In this document: one piece after another, positions 25,195-31,077 of the stretch | Numbering within the stretch: the first letter of the stretch is position 1 | How the letters are laid out: the number at the start of each line of letters is the position of its first letter | Source: Bacteroidota bacterium | GTDB taxonomy: Bacteria; Bacteroidota; Bacteroidia; Cytophagales; Amoebophilaceae | Direction of reading: 5' to 3' | Assembly: GCA_039819605.1 (NCBI GenBank) | Contig: JBCBRR010000001.1 | Coordinates: forward strand, 1-34,357 | DNA length: 34,357 nucleotides | Made by a program: the position numbers and the translations under genes | The notes under the pieces: model-generated | The model's database searches: none | The model's input: the letters and a program-made list of their open reading frames with translations, nothing else | What the model was told of the DNA's origin: nothing

Positions 25195-26499
25195 GTGCTT
25201 TGGATACACTTGGGTATCGGATTTGGGCTAGGTGCCCTACTCACAGGGGGGCTAGTGTACATACGCCTGAGCACCGCCATTAAGGTGCTGCACGTACAGT
25301 TAGATCACGAGCAGCAAGCCGTGGCTGCGCAAAAGGCAGACGTGGCACAAGCACAAGCAAAAATATTAGAGCTAACCGCACAGCTATCCAGGCTGACCGC
25401 TACCAATCACAACCTAGAAGAAAAACTGGCTGATCAAAAGCAGACCCTGGTGCAGACGGAAGAGCGCCTGGCTACCCAGTTTAAGAACTTAGCGAACGAC
25501 CTGCTGGAAGAAAAAAGTCAAAAGTTTACAGACCAGAATAAGACTCAGCTCGAAAGCCTACTCAAACCGCTCGGGGAGCGCATACAAACGTTTGAGCGCC
25601 AAGTGGTAGAAACGAACAAAGAAGAATTGGCCCGTAGCGTAGCCCTGCGAACGGAAATCAAAAAGCTTCATGACCTCAACGCTCAGATCACGCAAGAGGC
25701 GGCTAACTTGACCCGGGCCATCAAGGGCGATACCAAAATGCAGGGCAATTGGGGTGAGTTTATCTTAGAAAGTATTCTGGAGAAATCAGGCTTGGTTAGA
25801 GATCGTGAGTACAGTGTACAAGCAGCTTGGGTAGCTCCAGATGGTAAGCGTTATCAGCCAGATGTCATTATCAAACTGCCTAACGAGAAGCATCTCATTA
25901 TCGATGCGAAGATCTCTCTGGTCAATTATGAGCAGTTTTTTAGCACTGAAAATGAGGAAGAGAGCGCGTCACAACTCAAAAAACATCTGCAGTCTGTGCG
26001 TAAACATATCAAGACACTCAGTGAGAAAAACTACCAGATGCAGTACAACCTGTCCGGATTGGACTTCGTACTGATGTTTATTGCCGTAGAACCTGCTTTT
26101 AGCCTAGCTGTCCAACATGACCCCACCCTCTTTAATGAGGCTTACGAAAAGAACATCATTATTGTCTCCCCCACGACCTTACTGGCTACGTTACGTACCA
26201 TCGCTAACCTGTGGAAGCATGAATACCAGAACCAAAATGCCTTGCAGATTGCGCACCAAGGCGGGAAGTTGTATGACAAGTTCGTGAAGTTTGTAGAAGA
26301 TCTGCAGCAGATAGGCAAGCATATAGACCATACCCAACGGGTGTATGCAGATGCTATGAAAACCTTGTCTGACGGTAGAGATAACCTGATCAGCAAAGCG
26401 CAGAAAATCCAGATGCTGGGTGCCAGAACGAGTAAGACTATGCCCCCACAGCTATTACAACGTGCAGATACACACGTATCAGATACGATACCCACCTAA
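25195..26499 (+). CDS. rmuC: DNA recombination protein RmuC
   Basis: 434 aa. GTG start. N-terminal TM helix, a long coiled coil, and a C-terminal RmuC nuclease-like core (QPDVIIKLPNEKHLIIDAKISL; FVLMFIAVEPAF). Confidence 0.85.
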   Translation: MLWIHLGIGFGLGALLTGGLVYIRLSTAIKVLHVQLDHEQQAVAAQKADVAQAQAKILELTAQLSRLTATNHNLEEKLADQKQTLVQTEERLATQFKNLANDLLEEKSQKFTDQNKTQLESLLKPLGERIQTFERQVVETNKEELARSVALRTEIKKLHDLNAQITQEAANLTRAIKGDTKMQGNWGEFILESILEKSGLVRDREYSVQAAWVAPDGKRYQPDVIIKLPNEKHLIIDAKISLVNYEQFFSTENEEESASQLKKHLQSVRKHIKTLSEKNYQMQYNLSGLDFVLMFIAVEPAFSLAVQHDPTLFNEAYEKNIIIVSPTTLLATLRTIANLWKHEYQNQNALQIAHQGGKLYDKFVKFVEDLQQIGKHIDHTQRVYADAMKTLSDGRDNLISKAQKIQMLGARTSKTMPPQLLQRADTHVSDTIPT

Positions 26500-26766
26500 T
26501 CCTTTGGGGGGTTGTGCTGTACACTGTGCAGCCTATACCACCCTACATGCACGAAATATATGCAAATGTCAAGCTAAGCCACCCTATTTTTGCACACTGC
26601 AACCCTATAGTTGTCCTACACAGTCCGCCGCACACCCACACGCTGGGCCTACGGGCCTGCATTGCGCTAACTTTTTGTAGATTTGTCTAGACGACCCTCC
26701 TGGTTCTCAACAATCTCTGACCGAAACCCGCAGATCAGTCCCTGCAATGATCTAGTCTTTCTATAG

Positions 26767-28173
26767 ATGCATAGGCCGTACGCTCATCACCACACGTATG
26801 TTAGCAAGCGCATACGCATCGGTATCATTATGGGAGGATTTTCGTCGGAACGTCACATTTCTGTAGAAAGTGGCAGGAATGTGTACGAAAAGCTAGCATC
26901 TTCCGTACTATATACGCCCATACCTATCTTTCTTTCGGGCACATCAGAAAACCATCAGCTATTTATCTTGCCGCTCAACTTGCTGCTCAAAGACAGTGCA
27001 GATGATATTCACGAAAAGCTTAGAGAGGTATCCGGTTCAGTGCAAGAAGCTACCATGGCGCCAATACGCCGCGAGGTAGCCGGTATTACCCACAAATATG
27101 CTGGCAAAGCAGACAGTCAGCCCCATCGTATCAGCTATGCAGCGTTGGCCGAGTATGTCGATGTTGTATTTATTGCATTGCACGGACGCCCTGGGGAGGA
27201 CGGTATCTTACAAGCCATACTGGAGCAGCACGATATCCCGTACAACGGATCCGGGGTAGCATGTTCGCACGTGACGATGGATAAGTTCAAAACCAATCAA
27301 TATCTGCGCTCCCAAGGGTTTTGTGTAGCTGACCAGATGCTGGTTAAGAAATCAGTTTGGAAGCAGAAGCCATCTGCCCTCACACATGCTATTGAGATGC
27401 AGTTTAGCTATCCGGTGATTGCTAAGCCCACAGACGAAGGCTGTAGTACTGCCGTTGTCAAGATTAAAAATAGGGCCATGCTACAGGCCTATGCTTCCGC
27501 CATCTTTGGAACGTCCGCAGCCCTGACCACCTATCATACGTCCATGCTACGTTTGAAGCCGAATATTGATTTCCCCAAACGCGACCAGTTCCTTATAGAA
27601 GCTCTCGTAGAGAAAGAGGATGCCGCGTATTTTTTAGAAATCACTGGCGGATTACTAACCCATTTAGACGCTACCGGCAAGCGACATTATGAATTGTTCG
27701 AGCCCTCAGAGACCCTAGCCCGCGGAGAGATACTGACGCTAGAAGAAAAATTTCTGGCAGGGGAGGGGCAAAATATAACCCCAGCCTGTTTTCACCCTGA
27801 CCCCACTGCCAATCGGCAAATAACTGACCAAGTCAAAGCAGATTTAGCCAATGTGGCCCAAGTACTCGACCTAGAAGGCTATGCACGTATTGATGCTTTT
27901 GTGAAGGTTTACAGCCCCACGCACATAGAGACATGGATCATTGAGGTCAATACGCTACCCGGTATGACACCGGCCACGTGTATATTTCATCAGTGTGCGC
28001 TACATGGCTACAGGCCATTTGACTTTATACACGCCATTATCCAATACAGCTTGCAGAAATATCACCAGCGTTCTTCGGCTTATGATCTGGAATACCCGTC
28101 TCTTAAGGGCATTAGCGCTGCACTTGAGCCTGATGATGGCCGTCTTGTGCAGCAGCGTGGTGTCATTCTTTAG
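26767..28173 (+). CDS. ddl: D-alanine--D-alanine ligase (long form; canonical catalytic C-terminal motif)
   Basis: 468 aa. IRIGIIMGGFSSERHISVESGRNV, FIALHGRPGEDGILQAIL....IPYNGSG, YPVIAKPTDEGCSTAV, YARIDAF and IIEVNTLPGMTP (Glu codon 27943-27945). A PASTA-domain gene follows it. Confidence 0.85.
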   Translation: MHRPYAHHHTYVSKRIRIGIIMGGFSSERHISVESGRNVYEKLASSVLYTPIPIFLSGTSENHQLFILPLNLLLKDSADDIHEKLREVSGSVQEATMAPIRREVAGITHKYAGKADSQPHRISYAALAEYVDVVFIALHGRPGEDGILQAILEQHDIPYNGSGVACSHVTMDKFKTNQYLRSQGFCVADQMLVKKSVWKQKPSALTHAIEMQFSYPVIAKPTDEGCSTAVVKIKNRAMLQAYASAIFGTSAALTTYHTSMLRLKPNIDFPKRDQFLIEALVEKEDAAYFLEITGGLLTHLDATGKRHYELFEPSETLARGEILTLEEKFLAGEGQNITPACFHPDPTANRQITDQVKADLANVAQVLDLEGYARIDAFVKVYSPTHIETWIIEVNTLPGMTPATCIFHQCALHGYRPFDFIHAIIQYSLQKYHQRSSAYDLEYPSLKGISAALEPDDGRLVQQRGVIL

Positions 28174-28645
28174 CTGGGTACTTCCTGCCATAACCCAGCA
28201 CAATCAGTTTGTAACTGTACCCGACCTGACCGGTGTGCATGCAGACGCGTTGCACGAGTTTTTAGCTCAGCGCAACTTACGGTTTAGTATCAATGCAGCC
28301 ACGGCCTATTCCACCCATTACCCCCCCTCAGTCGTGCTCACGCAGTATCCCCAAGCGGGTGCTCACGTCAAAGAAGGGCGCAGTATTTACCTTACTTTGA
28401 ATGCTGCCCAACCCCCTGACGTATGTGTACCTAACCTGGTCGATAGTTCTTTCGATCATGCCCAAGTGCTCTTACAAAACTGTAGATTAACCACGGGTAC
28501 GGTCACCTATGTGCCCGATATTGCCGAGAATGCTGTATTGGCGCAATACTATCAAGGAGAACCTATTGCGCCTGGGGCATACGTTGTACAGGGTACAGCC
28601 ATTGACTTGGTCGTGGGGGCTAGCCTAAACGATGTACGACGATGA
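28082..28645 (+). CDS. Membrane-anchored protein with two PASTA domains
   Basis: TM helix (LALHLSLMMAVLCSSVVSFFSWVL), then two PASTA-like units (VTVPDLTG......V..Q.P.AG..VKEGRSIYLTLN and VCVPNLV.....GT.IDLVVG). The start is uncertain (ATG 28082, 28133 or 28136). All options overlap the ddl 3' end. The 27995 start in the ORF track lies deep inside ddl. Confidence 0.7.
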   Translation: MIWNTRLLRALALHLSLMMAVLCSSVVSFFSWVLPAITQHNQFVTVPDLTGVHADALHEFLAQRNLRFSINAATAYSTHYPPSVVLTQYPQAGAHVKEGRSIYLTLNAAQPPDVCVPNLVDSSFDHAQVLLQNCRLTTGTVTYVPDIAENAVLAQYYQGEPIAPGAYVVQGTAIDLVVGASLNDVRR

Positions 28646-30826
28646 ACAGCTCCTCTGCAGCACGCAGCGACATTTTTGTCCTTGCAAGACCATTTGTGCT
28701 AAGGATGCAAGGCTCTGCTGAGCCTCTTGGTATAAAAGCTGTGCTACGGGTTCTGTAAGGCCATTCTCTTTTCTCTGGTGGGTGGCCAGTGTATGTGCTG
28801 TGTCATTCTGCTGATCTGTAGTAAAGAGCAACCTAATCTTATGCAAGGTATGCCACGATGCAGCACGTGGCTGAGGTAGCTTACCTACGATATGCGGCAT
28901 ATCCATCAGGTAGGTTAACAACCCTAAGTTGGTACTCAAAGCTGCGTGATGAAAAGGCGTGCTACCCCGATGATCTTGCACCACTGGGTTAGCGTGTTGC
29001 TCCTCAATCAGGTATTGTATCAGTTCTATGCCCTCGTTTGCCTTACGTCGCAACCGGGATATGGCCCAGTACAAGGGGGTTCTGCCCCGTTCGTCTGGCC
29101 TATTGACTTCCGAGCTTACGGGGCCCTTGATGATCTCGGAGATATGCCGCGCGCTGTATATGCTAAACTGCAGGGGGTACCTTTGCTCTATAGCTGCGTA
29201 GCCATTGATAACGATGTCTACAGACGGCCGTAACACTTCGTTAGCACGCCAGGTACTGTGGTGGCTCTCGGTAATACGGGGTTTGAGACCCTGCTCTTCC
29301 ATAAGATACAAAGCCATCTCTTTATGATTGAACATAAGTGCAAAGTCCAGCGCATTCAACTTAAAATATGTGGTCTCTGTCTGCGGGTCCACGTTCCATG
29401 TTTCGATAAGGTACTTAGCCATAGCTAATCTACCTCTGGAAGCTGCTACGTGTAGTGGTGTTATGCCATCAGACGCTCCGGGATGGTTGCGTCCACCCCC
29501 TGTATCGTGGAGAAACCCATAGAGACAAAAGTCGTGTTCAGTATCGAAGACACAATGATACACGCTATTGGCAGGCTCTTCATAGGCCAGTATAACTTGC
29601 ATATTGGCCAGTAAACCGGACGCCGCTACTTCGTGTAAGGGAGACCAAAGGGCCATACTGTACCACTTCCTGTACATATTTTCTCTGGTTATATGTATGC
29701 CATGGCCACAGGCTAGTTCAGCCAAGTCATTACGTAATTTCAGAAGCTTGTGCAAGCATATCTCAAATTCCTGGCCGGCGACACTTCTACCCTGGAGGAT
29801 GTAGTTCATGAGCCAATACCATTTATGGTCGGATGCGTTAATCGACATGACCTCCCCAAATAGGTGCCGAATCAGCTTGGCTATATCTATGCCCTTGGTG
29901 GTTATGCTAAAGTTCATAAGCATGATCCAGATCTTCGGGCTGCCAAAGTACAGCACAGTTTCTACCAAGTTGGTGTCTAAGCCGCAGGGCAGGTCCACGG
30001 TCGCACTATCCCAGTTCGTGCGCTCATACAGTCTTACATCTGTACGTAGGCTAAACCCAAACTCAAAGATGGCTATAGGATCGTTATCGTATTCTTCTTC
30101 TTGGGGCTTGAGGTATCTGTTTTCTATCAGATACTTGAAAAATATATCCAGGTCGTTTGTCAGAATAAGATGTAGTGGGGTTATGCCGGAGCACTGATGC
30201 GTTATTGCGTGTCCACCATGGCCATAGTTGCTAACGACCAGCAGGTGGGGTCTTCTTTGCATGAGGAGCTTAAAAATGTATATGTCGTCCACGTTGACGG
30301 CATGGTGCAGGGCATTCTGCCCGTCTGTACTGGTGAGGGTTTCTAGTGGGTCATAGTTAGGGCTAATATGACCAATTATTTCTAGTAATGCCAATATTTG
30401 TGCATCATTGTGTTCATTCACGGCAGCTGTGAGCATATTATGTCCGTGCTGGTCTCTTTCGTACAATTGTCGATAGATCGCGTCTAAATGGCTGCTTACC
30501 CGTTTGGACAAGTGCAATAGATCGTCAACGGCTGTTTTTCTTTTCTGTGCGCCTCTCTCGCCTGTCAGGTTGCTATTTTCTATCTCAAGGTCAACTTCCG
30601 GCCCCGCTTTGAGTTGGGTATCGGGGGTATTTTGTTGCTCTGGGATATTTGGACAAGCTTGTGCTCCATCAGTTGGATCAGTGTCGTTGTACATTTTGTC
30701 CTTATCCAGGTCCCATCCGCAGCTGAGCCACATGCAGCAGCAGGCCAGTGTCAGTGCGTGTCGGGTTGTTGATTTTGCCAATGTATCTACGGTCATGATT
30801 GATATTAGGATGTTGCGTAGTAGCAA
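28625..30826 (-). CDS. Ankyrin-repeat lipoprotein D with a large non-ANK central region
   Basis: 733 aa. N-terminus ..MTVDTLAKSTTRHALTLACCCMWLS-C-G (Cys36, nt 30719-30721; alternative start Met11 at 30796). ANK units include DGQNALHHAV, SGITPLHLIL, DGITPLHVAASRGRLAMAKYLIE, RGRTPLYWAI and RGSTPFHHAA. The 3' end overlaps the PASTA gene by 21 nt (convergent). Confidence 0.85.
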   Translation of the reverse strand: MLLRNILISIMTVDTLAKSTTRHALTLACCCMWLSCGWDLDKDKMYNDTDPTDGAQACPNIPEQQNTPDTQLKAGPEVDLEIENSNLTGERGAQKRKTAVDDLLHLSKRVSSHLDAIYRQLYERDQHGHNMLTAAVNEHNDAQILALLEIIGHISPNYDPLETLTSTDGQNALHHAVNVDDIYIFKLLMQRRPHLLVVSNYGHGGHAITHQCSGITPLHLILTNDLDIFFKYLIENRYLKPQEEEYDNDPIAIFEFGFSLRTDVRLYERTNWDSATVDLPCGLDTNLVETVLYFGSPKIWIMLMNFSITTKGIDIAKLIRHLFGEVMSINASDHKWYWLMNYILQGRSVAGQEFEICLHKLLKLRNDLAELACGHGIHITRENMYRKWYSMALWSPLHEVAASGLLANMQVILAYEEPANSVYHCVFDTEHDFCLYGFLHDTGGGRNHPGASDGITPLHVAASRGRLAMAKYLIETWNVDPQTETTYFKLNALDFALMFNHKEMALYLMEEQGLKPRITESHHSTWRANEVLRPSVDIVINGYAAIEQRYPLQFSIYSARHISEIIKGPVSSEVNRPDERGRTPLYWAISRLRRKANEGIELIQYLIEEQHANPVVQDHRGSTPFHHAALSTNLGLLTYLMDMPHIVGKLPQPRAASWHTLHKIRLLFTTDQQNDTAHTLATHQRKENGLTEPVAQLLYQEAQQSLASLAQMVLQGQKCRCVLQRSCSSSYIV

Positions 30827-30964
30827 TCCTTGTTTCTAGAAAAAGCGCTGCAAGTTTACGGTTTTTCTCGCATTCTACAGCAATTGGGTTTTTTGGGCTG
30901 GGGAGGGAAGGCCTTTTGGGAGGGTAATGCATCAGAGATGTATAGAAATAGACAGGATTAGGTA

Positions 30965-30972
30965 TATATTTG
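30965..30972 (+). promoter_or_regulatory. Candidate -7 promoter box (TAnnTTTG) for the HEAT-repeat gene
   Basis: Exact TATATTTG, the same octamer as at 6990, lies in the 251-nt divergent intergenic region, ~106 nt upstream of ATG 31078. Confidence 0.3.
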
Positions 30973-31077
30973 CGGCGCAGTTGTAAGAAGTCAGCCGTAG
31001 TATACCTTAGTTAAGACGACAATGTTGTACAACTATTGGGCATTATCATCAATCTTAGAATACAAACTTTACGCATT

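Noticed and set aside
21220-26499. The idea that Rpn, CPBP, RmuC and the NACHT protein together form one antiphage defence island or operon.
   Set aside because: The genes are on different strands, are separated by unrelated genes, and the NACHT gene is 17 kb away. RmuC and Rpn are common stand-alone genes. There is no operon structure to support a single multi-gene system.
26420-26680. An 86-aa ORF that overlaps the rmuC 3' end and extends into the rmuC-ddl gap.
   Set aside because: It overlaps rmuC in another frame. The product is Cys/His/Pro/Ala-rich low complexity with no recognisable motif and no signal or TM features. It is treated as non-coding; see the finding on 26500-26766.
27995-28081. 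The upstream extension of the PASTA ORF given in the ORF track (start 27995).
   Set aside because: It would overlap ddl by 179 nt, and the extra residues (MRYMATGHLTLYTPLSNTACRNITSVLRL) precede the expected short cytoplasmic tail plus TM helix. The in-frame ATGs at 28082, 28133 and 28136 fit the family architecture better.
31036-31077. The TTG 31036 start for the HEAT-repeat gene, and likewise TTG 18533 for ANK-B and TTG 11939 for cdaA.
   Set aside because: The downstream in-frame ATGs (31078, 18542, 11948) give N-termini that align with paralogues and place the signal-peptide n-region at the very N-terminus.
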